Assembly (NCBI GenBank): GCA_030649025.1
Contig: JAUSGO010000028.1
Span: 1,074 to 65,073 of the forward strand
Source: a bacterium
GTDB lineage: Bacteria; Patescibacteriota; Minisyncoccia; JAUYLV01
Length of the DNA stretch: 64,000 bases
Reading direction: 5' to 3'
In this document: positions 45,979-56,331 of the stretch, piece after piece
How positions within the stretch are numbered: the stretch's first letter is position 1
Layout of the letters: every line of letters starts with the position of its first letter
Notes under the pieces: model-generated
What the model was told of the DNA's origin: nothing
Databases searched by the model: none
Seen by the model: the letters and a program-made list of their open reading frames with translations, nothing else
Translations under genes and position numbers: made by a program

Positions 45979-47004
45979 ATGAATAAATCAATTCTTGGAA
46001 GGGGGCTTTCGTCCCTCATTCCACAAAAAAATACGGGTGCCGCTTCTCCAAACAAGGAAAACGAGAAAACGGAACAACCAAAAAATGAGGCTCCGGGCGT
46101 TCCAAAAGCCGACGGACGAATTGCGGAAAAAGCTCTTTCGGCGTCCTTTGGACGCTCCGGTACAATAGATTCAAAAATAAAAACAGCCGATGAAAGCGTA
46201 TTTTATATAGAAGTGGAGAAAATACACCCGAACTCCCAACAACCCAGGCGCGATTTTGACGAAGAATCGCTTAAGGACCTTGCCGAATCCATCCGAAGAC
46301 ACGGCATCATACAGCCGCTCATAGTTACCAAACACGAACACCAGACGCCGCGAGGGCAGGAAGTATTTTATGAACTTGTCGCAGGAGAACGAAGGCTTCG
46401 CGCGTCCAAACTCTCCGGCCTCAGACATGTACCGGTCATCATTCGCGGGGTTACCGAGGAACAGCAAAAGCTCGAGGTAGCCCTTGTGGAGAATCTGCAA
46501 CGGCACGACCTGGGAGCGCTGGAAGAAGCACGCGCCTTTCGAAAACTTATGGACACGTTCGGTCTCACGCAACAGGAGGTGTCGCTGCGCGTGGGTAAAT
46601 CGCGACCCTCCGTTGCCAACGCAATGCGGCTTTTGGACCTTCCTCAAGAGATGCAGAAAGGTCTTTCGGAAGGAAAAATAACCGAAGGGCACGCACGGGC
46701 ATTATTGGGGCTGAAAGATGTAATGCATCAACTATCATTATATAAAGATGTTGTGGAGAAGAACTTGAGCGTGCGAGAGGTTGAGGACGTGGTGCGCGAG
46801 GAGGCGGTAAAAGTCGGGACTCGAAAAGCAAAAGAACCGCGCGTACCAGACCCGGAAGTGCGCGAATTCCAAACAAAGCTTGCCGATGCCTTAGGCACGC
46901 GAGTACACGTGAAAGGGAAAGTGAGCCGCGGAAAGATTGTGGTGGAATTCTATAGCCGCGAGGAACTGCAAAATATCATCGGGAAGATAGCCGGAGAAAA
47001 ATAA
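45979..47004 (+). CDS. parB: Chromosome partitioning protein ParB/Spo0J
   Basis: LGRGLSSLI, QPRRDF, VAGERRLRA, ENLQR, HTH, EGHARALL. Confidence 0.95.
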   Translation: MNKSILGRGLSSLIPQKNTGAASPNKENEKTEQPKNEAPGVPKADGRIAEKALSASFGRSGTIDSKIKTADESVFYIEVEKIHPNSQQPRRDFDEESLKDLAESIRRHGIIQPLIVTKHEHQTPRGQEVFYELVAGERRLRASKLSGLRHVPVIIRGVTEEQQKLEVALVENLQRHDLGALEEARAFRKLMDTFGLTQQEVSLRVGKSRPSVANAMRLLDLPQEMQKGLSEGKITEGHARALLGLKDVMHQLSLYKDVVEKNLSVREVEDVVREEAVKVGTRKAKEPRVPDPEVREFQTKLADALGTRVHVKGKVSRGKIVVEFYSREELQNIIGKIAGEK

Positions 47005-47130
47005 GCTTTTTTCTACCTCATAGCTGTCGGTGCCAATAATACGCTATAGCGCATTATTGGCACCGTACGCTTCGCGCGCAATAAAACTTCAGAAAAAGAA
47101 AATGCCTTCTTACAAAGAAGGCATTTGCGG

Positions 47131-47337
47131 TCATCCGGACAATACAACGTCCGTTATGTCATTTTCGGAAACATTCTCGTACCCCGCAGGTAATTCGACG
47201 ATCTCGCCATCAAATATCGTAACGCGCCTCATCGCACGGCCATCCTGCAGGCTGATGTCAACGATCTGATACCCCATGCCGGATTCCGGCATCCTCACAA
47301 GCTTATCTCTCCACTTCCCTTTTAATATGAGCTCCAA
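47131..47337 (-). CDS. Small hypothetical protein
   Basis: AGGAGG RBS before TTG; hairpin at 47100-47127 right after the stop. Confidence 0.65.
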   Translation of the reverse strand: MELILKGKWRDKLVRMPESGMGYQIVDISLQDGRAMRRVTIFDGEIVELPAGYENVSENDITDVVLSG

Positions 47338-47403
47338 TTTCGACCTCCTTTCCGAATTTCATTCTAAAGTCTGGCACATTTTCTGATGCGTCTCAACAAT
47401 ATA

Positions 47404-49386
47404 TTAAACGCGCTCAACGGAAAACACGTTCTTGACCGACCTAATATCGCCGATAAGTTCCGTCAACTCATCCATGCTCCGCACCTCCACCGTCACAATC
47501 TGCACCCCCTCGCCGTCAGGCGTATCGTAGGCGGTAAGAGACAAAATATTGAAGCCGGATTTCGAAATAGTTTCGCTTACGTCTCTTAACAGGCCAACGC
47601 GGGTTTGTCCACGCACCTTGATGGTCGCCGGATGCAGAGCAAGCGCATCTTTCTGCCAGGAGACGGGTATATGCCGTGGGGCTTTCGCTTTTTTTAGATT
47701 CGCGCAGGCCGCCTTGTGAATGGTGATGCCGCCCTGCACCGTCGTGTATCCTTCGATCGCTTCGCCGGGCAATGGAGAACAGCATTTGGCAAGACGCGTC
47801 AGAACCCCATGCATTCCTTTTACAACAACTCCTATGCCATCTGGAGAAGAAGTCGGCTTTTTCTCCTTTGACTGCGCCGCCATCTCTTCGGGCATCAATT
47901 CAATCTTTTCAGCACGTTCCTCTTCTTGATCTATTACATCGCGTCTCTTGATCCACGCGGTAATTTTCTTTCTTGCTTCGGATGTTTTTATGAAAAACAG
48001 CCAGTCGCGGCTTGGCTGGGGGTCTTTGCGCGTCATAATTTCCACAAGCATGCCGCTCTCCAGCGCCTGAGAAAGGGGAATGATGCGCCCATCCGCTTTG
48101 GCTCCTGCGCAGCGGTGTCCGATCTCCGAATGTATAGCATATGCAAAATCAACAGCGGTCGCGCCGACCGGCAGGTCAATGATATCGCCTCTCGGGGTGA
48201 ATACGAAAATCCGCCTTTTAAGGAACTCAAGCTTCAGCGCATCCACGAATTCTTTAGACCCCTTGGCGGCTTTCTGCCATTCTTGAAGCTGATCGATCCA
48301 TTTAAGTTTGCTTCCGAGTCCTGCGTTGAGAACTTTTTTGGATGTCCTTTTTTCTCCCTGGCGTTTTTTATAATGCCAATGGGCGGCAATGCCGTATTCG
48401 GCCTCCTCGTGCATTGCGGGCGTACGGATCTGAAACTCGGTAATGCGCCCGTCCACACAGAATACCGTGGTATGCAAACTTTGGTATCCGCTGCCTTTGG
48501 GAAGCGCAATGTAATCCTTGATGCGTCCCGGGAGCGGCGTGAAATGTTTATGCAATACTCCCAGCGCCCGATAGCATTCTTCGACGCTTTTTACAATAAT
48601 ACGAAGCGCCACCAAATCGTGAACCTTTCCCAGGTCCATATCGTGTGCAAGCAGTTTTTGGTAGAGAGACCAGTAATGCTTCGGGCGCGCGTGCAGTTCC
48701 AGGGGCACAAGATCGTCGGCGGCAAGATGTTCTTTTATAATAGGAACTACTTTTTCTGCATACGCCTCGCGCTCCGCATAAACCTTATCTATCCTCTGTA
48801 GGAGCCATTCATATTCCTTCGGATGCAGATGCGGGAAGGCGAGGTCCTCCAGTTGCCCCTTCCATTCACCCATGCCCAGACGACTCGCGAGCGGCGCATA
48901 AATATCCATGGTCTCCTGCGCGACTCTTTGGCATTTTTCGGTCGTACACGTGCGCAGCGTTTGCATGTTATGAAGCCTGTCGGCAAGCTTGATGAGCGCT
49001 ACACGGATGTCCTGGGCAGTTGCAAGAAACATTTTCCGCAAAGTTTCGGTGCGCGCCGCACTACCCCCGGTGGGAATTTTTTCGAGCTTGGTGACGCCTT
49101 CCACAAAAAAAGCGACTTCTTCTCCGAAGATTTCTCGGATCTCATCAATCGTGACGGGAGTGTCTTCCGCAACATCATGCAAAAGTCCCGCTACAACCGT
49201 CGAGGTATCCATGCCCACATCGGCAAGCAATGAGGCAACCGCCGTCGGATGCGTAATGTAAGGCTCGCCGCTATCGCGCTTCTGGCTTTGGTGGGCTCTT
49301 GCGGCAACGTCATACGCGCGCTCAATCGTTTCCGCGTCAAGATGCGGATTTTTTTTTATAACAACAATGAGTTGATCCTTGGTCAT
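47404..49386 (-). CDS. rel: Bifunctional (p)ppGpp synthetase/hydrolase
   Basis: H..QKRDSGEPY..HP, LLHDVAEDT (HD), synthetase YQSLHT/EFQIRT, TGS, CC..H..C and ACT domains; ATG 49386 preferred. Confidence 0.95.
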   Translation of the reverse strand: MTKDQLIVVIKKNPHLDAETIERAYDVAARAHQSQKRDSGEPYITHPTAVASLLADVGMDTSTVVAGLLHDVAEDTPVTIDEIREIFGEEVAFFVEGVTKLEKIPTGGSAARTETLRKMFLATAQDIRVALIKLADRLHNMQTLRTCTTEKCQRVAQETMDIYAPLASRLGMGEWKGQLEDLAFPHLHPKEYEWLLQRIDKVYAEREAYAEKVVPIIKEHLAADDLVPLELHARPKHYWSLYQKLLAHDMDLGKVHDLVALRIIVKSVEECYRALGVLHKHFTPLPGRIKDYIALPKGSGYQSLHTTVFCVDGRITEFQIRTPAMHEEAEYGIAAHWHYKKRQGEKRTSKKVLNAGLGSKLKWIDQLQEWQKAAKGSKEFVDALKLEFLKRRIFVFTPRGDIIDLPVGATAVDFAYAIHSEIGHRCAGAKADGRIIPLSQALESGMLVEIMTRKDPQPSRDWLFFIKTSEARKKITAWIKRRDVIDQEEERAEKIELMPEEMAAQSKEKKPTSSPDGIGVVVKGMHGVLTRLAKCCSPLPGEAIEGYTTVQGGITIHKAACANLKKAKAPRHIPVSWQKDALALHPATIKVRGQTRVGLLRDVSETISKSGFNILSLTAYDTPDGEGVQIVTVEVRSMDELTELIGDIRSVKNVFSVERV

Positions 49387-49543
49387 ACCAAATACTAGAG
49401 CCCAATGCAAGAACGCATGCCCCCACCGGGCTTCAATGATGAGAAGCGAAGCGACGAAACCCCGTGCTACGCCGCAGGGCATGGCGCAAAGTTCTGGTGC
49501 CGAACACGCCTTTCTCTTCTACTGTATCCCCGATGGGGACACG

Positions 49544-49571
49544 TTGACAAGTATGGCGTTTATCATATAAT
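49544..49571 (+). promoter_or_regulatory. Consensus sigma70 promoter
   Basis: TTGACA-16nt-TATAAT. Confidence 0.6.
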
Positions 49572-49630
49572 GAGCGCTCGGATGTTTTTTGAAAATCTTA
49601 TTATCGTCTTGTCATCGGAACGGAGGGACA

Positions 49631-50053
49631 ATGCTCTACATTATTTTTGCGGCAATCGCGCTTGGAGCGGCGTCCCGGTTTTTATGGCTGCAATATCACA
49701 GAAAGCCCGGAGACGCATTCCACGCCAAACGCGGAATTACCATAACCCTACTTGCCACCGCCGCGCTCTTCTCTATTGAATACGCGCTGTGGAACAACAT
49801 TGTGATACTTTTCAAGTATCTGCCGCTTCTTGTGCTGCATTTGTTTTTTGCCATTCCAACGCTCATCGCACTTGGCGTCATTACGGCAACCGGTATTGCA
49901 ACCTATCGCACAACGTTCCGTACAAAACGCGAAGAACATGACCGGCCCCTGCCCGCGCGCACGCATCGGTTTCTTGCAAAATACTTTTGGTATGCGTGGA
50001 TTGCAACAATCACCACCGGCCTTATGTTTTTCGTCGCCTCTATCCGCTCATAG
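49631..50053 (+). CDS. DUF420-like four-TM membrane protein
   Basis: Four TMs with His residues (FH, LHL, THR..W..TG); GGAGG RBS. Confidence 0.6.
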   Translation: MLYIIFAAIALGAASRFLWLQYHRKPGDAFHAKRGITITLLATAALFSIEYALWNNIVILFKYLPLLVLHLFFAIPTLIALGVITATGIATYRTTFRTKREEHDRPLPARTHRFLAKYFWYAWIATITTGLMFFVASIRS

Positions 50054-50179
50054 CTCCTTTTTCCGGGGGCTTTTTGTATTTCGTCACTACGCTTGCGTTT
50101 TTCCTAAAAATGCGCCATGATAATTCTTCCGTTGTTTGACAATTTTGCAGGCAAACAGGGGCAAAAGAAGGGAGACGAG

Positions 50180-51082
50180 ATGATGCGTGCCCTATTGATA
50201 GAACTTTCGAGAAATAAATGGATAGCCCGCCGGGTCACGAAAAATGGATGGGCTTGCCGTATGGCGCGCAGATTCGTTGCGGGCGAGACCCTCGAGGATG
50301 CTATTGGGACGGCAAGACGTCTCAATTCCGAAGGACTTGCCGTGAGCCTCGACTACCTCGGGGAGCACGCGCAAGGTCGCGAGGCCGCCCATTGCGCTGG
50401 ACTTACCTATCTCCGGATTCTTGAGCGCATCGCAAATGAGGGGCTTGACGCGAACATTTCCGTAAAACTCACCCAGCTTGGACTCGAGGTGAACGACGAT
50501 CTGTGCGAAGAGCTTATCACCTCGCTCTGTGTCCATCTGCGTGATTCTTCCCAAATAGTGCGCGTCGACATGGAGGGTTCCGCTTACACCCAGCGAACGA
50601 TTAATGTCGTAAAAAATGTTCTACAGAGAATGCCATCAATCGGTATCGTCATCCAGGCGTATCTGTACCGCAGCGAGCACGACATTGAAGAACTTTTAAA
50701 GCGCGGCTGCCGGATACGGCTTTGTAAGGGCGCGTACCGGGAGAAGCCGAATATCGCGTTTCCCAAAAAACGAGATGTGGATGCAAATTTTTTGAAACTT
50801 ATGAAAACGCTTCTTGCAAGCGGCGTCTATCATGGCATCGCCACGCACGATGAAAACATGATCGAGGCGACAAAAGACTTTGTTGAGACACGCGGAATCA
50901 AAAAAGATGCATTCGAGTTCCAGATGCTCTACGGTATTCGAGGAGATATTCAAAAAAAACTAGTGCACGACGGCTATCGCGTACGCGCATACGTTCCCTA
51001 CGGAACGGAGTGGTTTCCGTACTTCATGCGGCGGCTGGCCGAACGCCCCGCGAATCTTTTCTTTCTTCTCCGCAATCTCTAA
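50180..51082 (+). CDS. Monofunctional proline dehydrogenase
   Basis: RFVAGE, LDYLGE, SVKLTQLG, VDME, QAYLYR, RLCKGAY, ATHD, EFQMLYG, YFMRRLAERPAN. Confidence 0.93.
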   Translation: MMRALLIELSRNKWIARRVTKNGWACRMARRFVAGETLEDAIGTARRLNSEGLAVSLDYLGEHAQGREAAHCAGLTYLRILERIANEGLDANISVKLTQLGLEVNDDLCEELITSLCVHLRDSSQIVRVDMEGSAYTQRTINVVKNVLQRMPSIGIVIQAYLYRSEHDIEELLKRGCRIRLCKGAYREKPNIAFPKKRDVDANFLKLMKTLLASGVYHGIATHDENMIEATKDFVETRGIKKDAFEFQMLYGIRGDIQKKLVHDGYRVRAYVPYGTEWFPYFMRRLAERPANLFFLLRNL

Positions 51083-51308
51083 ATAACTGACGGGCCATAA
51101 ACCCTCATCTCGGCGTACCCATGCGCCGATTTTTATTTATTCCGCAAAAAACCGATACTATGGGCATCGGTGCCCGCCCCACCCTTGACGAACAATCCCC
51201 AACGGGGCTTGAACATCCCTGGGCTTTACTTGTTATGCAGGATTATGCTAGAGTGCAGATGTTATTTTCCAAGTGAATACTCAGAAAAAATCGTAAAGGA
51301 GGGTCTCC

Positions 51309-53387
51309 ATGAAAAACGAAATCCCGAACGACATTAACGGACTTTTGGAACATGACCGAAGCGAACAGGGAAAGAAGGTCTTTCGCGGAACTTGCCGCGA
51401 ATACCTGGATATTGTGCGGGCTAATCCTGGGATCGTGCGACTTGCCCACGCTACCGTCTACGATCACGTTATCATGGCGGCCGGCGTAACCACCGTCGAC
51501 GTTGAAAAGGACCCGCGCCTGCGTCGGCTTTACAGCGCGGAAACCTTGCGGGAACTTAATTTTTTCAAAGATAAATTTTTCGGAATTCGCGATACGGTGG
51601 ATGCTATCGGACGCTACTTCCAGGGAGCCAAAAATCGTGGCGAGGAGTCTCGACAGATCCTCTACTTCGTGGGGCCCGTCGGATCTGGAAAAACTTCTTT
51701 GGTTGAAGAATTAAAGAAGGGTATGGAGAGTGCGCCGCCCGTCTATGCCGTCAAGGATTGTCCGCAGCAAGACGCCCCGCTCCTTCTTATCCCCAAGCAC
51801 CTGAGAAAAAAGATGGAGGGGCTGCTCGGCGTGAGAATTGAGGGAGATATTTGTCCCGTCTGCCGCTATCGCCTCACCGAAACCGACAAGATCGAACGGC
51901 TAACCAAGGATTGTTTCGCGAACGAGAAGTGTCTCATCGACAACGACAAGAAAAAAGGAGTCGACTGGCCGGCGTTCTGGAAAATGTATCATCAAGAGTT
52001 CGATTATCGTGACGAGGCGGGGAATGTGCTTTGGGAAAAGTATCCCGTGGAAATGGTTTCCTTCTCCATCCGTGCTCGGCGCGGTATCGCTTCGGTCCCG
52101 CCGACCGACCCGAATAATCAGGATACCAGCGTCATTTTCGGCGATATCGATATTTCCAAGATCGACCGATATCCGGAAGATCATCCGCTGGTATTGCGTC
52201 TGAACGGCGCCTGTAACCGCGGAAACCGTGGCATTGTGGAATTCATCGAGATCTTTAAGAACCCGCCGGAGTTTTTACATCCGGTCATTACCGCTACGCA
52301 GGAGAAGGCCATTCCTTCGCCGGGCAAAACCGCAATGATCTATTTTGACGGCGTTATCATCGCCCACTCCAACGAACCCGACTATAACAAGTTCATTTCC
52401 GACAATTCCAACGTCGCCATCCAAAATCGCGTCTACCCCATCCGCGTTCCTTATGCGATCGAAATTTCCGAGGAGACCGCGATATACGAGAAGTATCTGA
52501 AAAGCACCGATTTCAAAGGAAGCGTCGCGCCACACACTCTGGAGGTCGCGGCGATGTTTTCGGTGCTGACGCGTTTGAAGCCGTCGCAGAAGTGCGATCT
52601 CTTGACAAAGTTGTATCTGTATGACGGCCGCGCAGTCATCGAGAAGGGACAGGCCAAGCGCATTGATATTTCGGAATTGAAAGAGGAAGCAACGAACGAG
52701 GGCATGTCTGGCATTTCCACGCGCACCATCTTCAAAGCCATCGATTATGCCATCTCCATGAGCGATCATGATTGCATCAATCCGCTTACTATCCGCGAGG
52801 CTATCATGGAAATGCTCAAAAAAGAGCACCTTGCCGATGATATGCGTATGCGATACGTGGAAGAAATTCTGCGCGGGATCGTACACAAGGAATATCTGAA
52901 GATCCTGGAAAAAGAAATCACTCGCGCCTACGTGCATGCATACGAGGATCGTGCCGAAACATTCTTCCAGAATTACTGGGATAACGTAGCGGCCTGGTGC
53001 CTTCACAAAAAGGTCAAGGACCGCGCTACCAAGGAAGAGCGCGATCCGGATATCGCCAGCATGTCGGCAGTCGAGGGGCAGCTTGGCCTTTCCGGAGGAG
53101 CTACCGAAGGATTCCGGCACGATTTCATTGCCTACGCGCAGGAAGTACTTCGCGGAGGAGGAAAGCTTTCATACAAGAGCTATGAGCCGCTTAAGGAAGC
53201 CATTGAGGGCGTGCTTACCGCATCTCTCCGCAAGGAAGCCCGTATTATTACCGGGGCAACCGCGCGCGACGATGAACAGGGTAAGCGGTACGACGCCATG
53301 ATCGAACGTATGCGAACAATCGGATACCATCCGCACTGCTCGGAAGTGATTCTCCGATATGCGTACAATAACGTCTGGAAAGACTAA
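51309..53387 (+). CDS. prkA: PrkA/YeaG family AAA+ serine protein kinase
   Basis: FFG, GPVGSGKTS, NRGNRGIVEFIEIFK, TATQE, AHSNE, APHTLE, EGMSGISTR. Confidence 0.92.
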   Translation: MKNEIPNDINGLLEHDRSEQGKKVFRGTCREYLDIVRANPGIVRLAHATVYDHVIMAAGVTTVDVEKDPRLRRLYSAETLRELNFFKDKFFGIRDTVDAIGRYFQGAKNRGEESRQILYFVGPVGSGKTSLVEELKKGMESAPPVYAVKDCPQQDAPLLLIPKHLRKKMEGLLGVRIEGDICPVCRYRLTETDKIERLTKDCFANEKCLIDNDKKKGVDWPAFWKMYHQEFDYRDEAGNVLWEKYPVEMVSFSIRARRGIASVPPTDPNNQDTSVIFGDIDISKIDRYPEDHPLVLRLNGACNRGNRGIVEFIEIFKNPPEFLHPVITATQEKAIPSPGKTAMIYFDGVIIAHSNEPDYNKFISDNSNVAIQNRVYPIRVPYAIEISEETAIYEKYLKSTDFKGSVAPHTLEVAAMFSVLTRLKPSQKCDLLTKLYLYDGRAVIEKGQAKRIDISELKEEATNEGMSGISTRTIFKAIDYAISMSDHDCINPLTIREAIMEMLKKEHLADDMRMRYVEEILRGIVHKEYLKILEKEITRAYVHAYEDRAETFFQNYWDNVAAWCLHKKVKDRATKEERDPDIASMSAVEGQLGLSGGATEGFRHDFIAYAQEVLRGGGKLSYKSYEPLKEAIEGVLTASLRKEARIITGATARDDEQGKRYDAMIERMRTIGYHPHCSEVILRYAYNNVWKD

Positions 53388-53403
53388 TCTTTCCTGAAGT
53401 TCG

Positions 53404-53429
53404 GAGCCAAGACCGCTTGGCTCTTTTTT
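53404..53429 (+). terminator. Intrinsic terminator after prkA
   Basis: GAGCCAAG-ACCG-CTTGGCTC-TTTTTT. Confidence 0.75.
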
Positions 53430-53607
53430 ATTTCCAAGCGATCGGGCAGCGCATAATAATCTCCGTTTTGACGTCTAGAGAGCGCAGGAGCCCGAGAGCT
53501 TAATTTCCTTTATTTTTCCGTCCGCCGTTGACGGCGGGCAGGAAATCCCCTACCCTTAATAGGATATTGTTCATTGCCAATTTAAGACAAGTTTGACAGG
53601 AGGCCAT

Positions 53608-54816
53608 ATGGCTATATTCCGAGATTCTTCCAGAGAAAGCGACCGGGGCGCAGAAGACCGCGCCAGGCACCGAGAGCTCGTACGAGAATCGGTTCAGGAA
53701 AACATCGGGGATATCATCGGGGAAGAAGATATCATCGGCGTATCCGGAAATAAGAAAATCAGAGTTCCCATCCGTGGTATCAAGGAGTACCGTTTCGTTT
53801 ACGGAGAAAACGGTGGGGGCGTTGGCGAGGGCAAAGAAGGCATGGAGCCCGGTGACACCTTCTCTAAGCAAGGAGGGAAGGGCCGTATGCCGGGACCCGG
53901 CGGAGACGATCCCGGCGAGGAAATATATGAGACCGAGATCTTTCTCGACGAGCTTCTTGATATTGCCTTCGAGGACCTCATGTTGCCGGAAGAAGCGAAA
54001 AAGAGGCTTCGGGAGATCGAAGTAGAACAGCATGCCAAACGCTATGGCTACCGAAAGGCCGGACCCCCGCCGCGCCGATCAAAAAAGCGCACAGCGAGAG
54101 AACGGCTGAAGCGCAAGAAGGCAACCGAACGCGCAACGCTGGAACGGGCAGAAGACCAAGCCTTGTCTCCCGCCACACCCCTGGACGGCCAGGAAGAACA
54201 TTTTCCCTTCCACAATCAGGACCTTCGGTATCACTACGTAAAGAAAACGAAGCGCCGTGAATCGAACGCCGTGGTGTTTTGCGTCATGGATGTTTCCGGT
54301 TCCATGGATATTACCAAAAAATATCTTGCGCGCATGTTCTACTTCCTGCTCTATCGATTCCTAAAAACGAAATACGCGCGAGTAGAAGTGGTGTTCATCG
54401 TACACCACACCGTGGCCCGGGAAGCCACCGAACAGGAATTCTTCCACCACGTGGAATCCGGCGGCACCCATATTTCCAGCGGCGCCATAAAGGCGCTTGA
54501 GATCGTCGATGAGCGCTTTGACCCCACGGTATGGAATATTCACTACTTCCACTGCTCCGATGGCGAAAATTTCGAGCATGATAACCCGGCAGCGATCAAA
54601 GCGTTTCGCCAGCTGACCGATATTGCCAATCTCGTTGGCTATGGAGAGATCAAGCCGGAAACGGGATTTGACTGGGGAAGCATCACGCCAATCCTTGAAA
54701 AAGAAATTCGCGCGGATAACTTTGCCGTAGTAAAAATCCGAGATCGGAAAGATCTCTGGAAGGCATTCAAAGAACTTCTCTCCAAGGAGCAGCTGGATCG
54801 GAGGAAAACATCATGA
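53608..54816 (+). CDS. yeaH: YeaH/YhbH (DUF444) vWA-like protein
   Basis: DRARH, IKEYRFVYG, DLRY, AVVFCVMDVSGSM, ESGGT, WNIHYFHCSDGEN; AGGAGG RBS. Confidence 0.92.
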   Translation: MAIFRDSSRESDRGAEDRARHRELVRESVQENIGDIIGEEDIIGVSGNKKIRVPIRGIKEYRFVYGENGGGVGEGKEGMEPGDTFSKQGGKGRMPGPGGDDPGEEIYETEIFLDELLDIAFEDLMLPEEAKKRLREIEVEQHAKRYGYRKAGPPPRRSKKRTARERLKRKKATERATLERAEDQALSPATPLDGQEEHFPFHNQDLRYHYVKKTKRRESNAVVFCVMDVSGSMDITKKYLARMFYFLLYRFLKTKYARVEVVFIVHHTVAREATEQEFFHHVESGGTHISSGAIKALEIVDERFDPTVWNIHYFHCSDGENFEHDNPAAIKAFRQLTDIANLVGYGEIKPETGFDWGSITPILEKEIRADNFAVVKIRDRKDLWKAFKELLSKEQLDRRKTS

Positions 54817-56318
54817 CCGACTGGACCATAAAAGACTTGGAACGTTATGAAGAGGCCATTTCCAAGATCGCCAAAGAAGAGGGGCTGAACTGCTTTGAAC
54901 AGGAGTACGAGATATGCGACCATGCGGAGATGATCGGCTATATGGCCTACAACGGTATGCCCGCCCACTACCCGCACTGGTCTTTTGGGAAATCATTCGA
55001 GCGCAGTGAGACTCTGTACCGCTACGGCGTGCAGGGCCTGCCCTACGAGATGGTGATCAACGCCGACCCATCTCTTGCCTACCTCATGCGCTCCAATTCT
55101 CTTGCATTGCACATTGTGACCATAGCGCATGCGGGATGTGGTCATAATGATTTCTTCAAGAATAATCGATGCTTCAGGCACACCCGACCCGAGTATACGA
55201 TGCAGCGCTTCAAGACACATGCGGACCGGGTGCGCGAATACACCAAAGACCCAAGCATCGGACGCCGACGCGTAGAGCAGGTGCTGACCGCGGCGCACGC
55301 CTTATCGCTGCATCGGAGGCGAAACATTGAAGCGCCGCGCCTGAATCAAGCCGAACAGCGCAAACGACTATTTGAATCTGCTCAGCCGCGAAAAGACGAG
55401 TGGACCGACATCCACTCTCGGCCCGACTATAAGACCCCGGATCTATCACGTGTCCCGCTTGAGCCGGAGGAGGACATCCTGCTTTTTATCAGGGACTTTA
55501 ATCCGTCCCTTGAATCTTGGGAAAAAGACTTGCTTACTATCGTTGCCGAGGAATCCGATTACTTCTGGCCGCAGATAGAAACCAAGATCATGAACGAAGG
55601 GTGGGCAACCTACTGGCACTATAAGATTCTGAACAGCCTGAAACTTCCTCCAGAATTGCACCTGGAATTCCTTAAACTGCACAATCAGGTTATCGCGCCG
55701 CACATCGGCTCAATCAATCCCTATCGTCTGGGATTTGAGCTTTTCAAGGATATTTACCGGCGGTGGGAGAATCCCACGCCGGAAGAGAAGGAGAAATATG
55801 GTCTGTCCGGCGGCGAGGGAAAATCGAAAATATTTTCCGTGCGCGCAGCCGAGCGCGATATTTCCTTTCTGCATCAGTATCTGACGGAGGAGTTCCTACG
55901 CCGCTTCTTTTTCGTCGAGTACGCCGAAGATGAAGAAGAAATTATGATCACCGACACGGTGGATGAGCATAACTGGCAAGATTTTCGCGGCCAGATCGTG
56001 CAAAACACTGGATCAAACTCCATTCCCGATATTCGGGTATACGACAGTAACTTCAAAAACGCCCAAACGCTACTTGCCCTGCACTGCTTTGACGGGCGCG
56101 AGCTCCACCCCGAATACGCCGCCCATACGCTGCGTCACTTTCAGACGCTTTGGCGCAGGCGGGTACATCTTTTAACCTGGAATCTCCGGGAAAAAGCATG
56201 CTGGCTCTACACCACGGATCCGTCCGATAAGATAACCCAGCATAAACATTGCGAATCTCCCGATTGCCCATTGCGAAAATGGCTGAAAGAGCGTGGGCAG
56301 GAGCACTTGATATTGTAG
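54813..56318 (+). CDS. spoVR: SpoVR/YcgB family protein
   Basis: GMPAHYPHWSFGK, YEMVIN, GHNDFFKNN, YFWPQIETKIMNEGWATYWH, NPYRLG; ATGA coupling to yeaH. Confidence 0.93.
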   Translation: MTDWTIKDLERYEEAISKIAKEEGLNCFEQEYEICDHAEMIGYMAYNGMPAHYPHWSFGKSFERSETLYRYGVQGLPYEMVINADPSLAYLMRSNSLALHIVTIAHAGCGHNDFFKNNRCFRHTRPEYTMQRFKTHADRVREYTKDPSIGRRRVEQVLTAAHALSLHRRRNIEAPRLNQAEQRKRLFESAQPRKDEWTDIHSRPDYKTPDLSRVPLEPEEDILLFIRDFNPSLESWEKDLLTIVAEESDYFWPQIETKIMNEGWATYWHYKILNSLKLPPELHLEFLKLHNQVIAPHIGSINPYRLGFELFKDIYRRWENPTPEEKEKYGLSGGEGKSKIFSVRAAERDISFLHQYLTEEFLRRFFFVEYAEDEEEIMITDTVDEHNWQDFRGQIVQNTGSNSIPDIRVYDSNFKNAQTLLALHCFDGRELHPEYAAHTLRHFQTLWRRRVHLLTWNLREKACWLYTTDPSDKITQHKHCESPDCPLRKWLKERGQEHLIL

Positions 56319-56331
56319 TGCGCTTGCTTCG

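Noticed and set aside
45112-47004. Plasmid/prophage partition cassette or nearby parS
   Set aside because: Chromosomal Soj/Spo0J-type sequences among housekeeping genes; no TGTTTCACGTGAAACA-like site noticed
47926-54033. Long alternative ORFs such as 47926-48801 (+), 52275-53120 (-) and 53500-54033 (-)
   Set aside because: Antisense to well-supported rel, prkA and yeaH genes, with no motifs of their own
30397-56318. Sporulation pathway (SpoIVB, PrkA, YhbH, SpoVR, Soj/Spo0J names)
   Set aside because: All these families occur widely in non-sporulating bacteria; no Spo0A or sporulation sigma factors in the window
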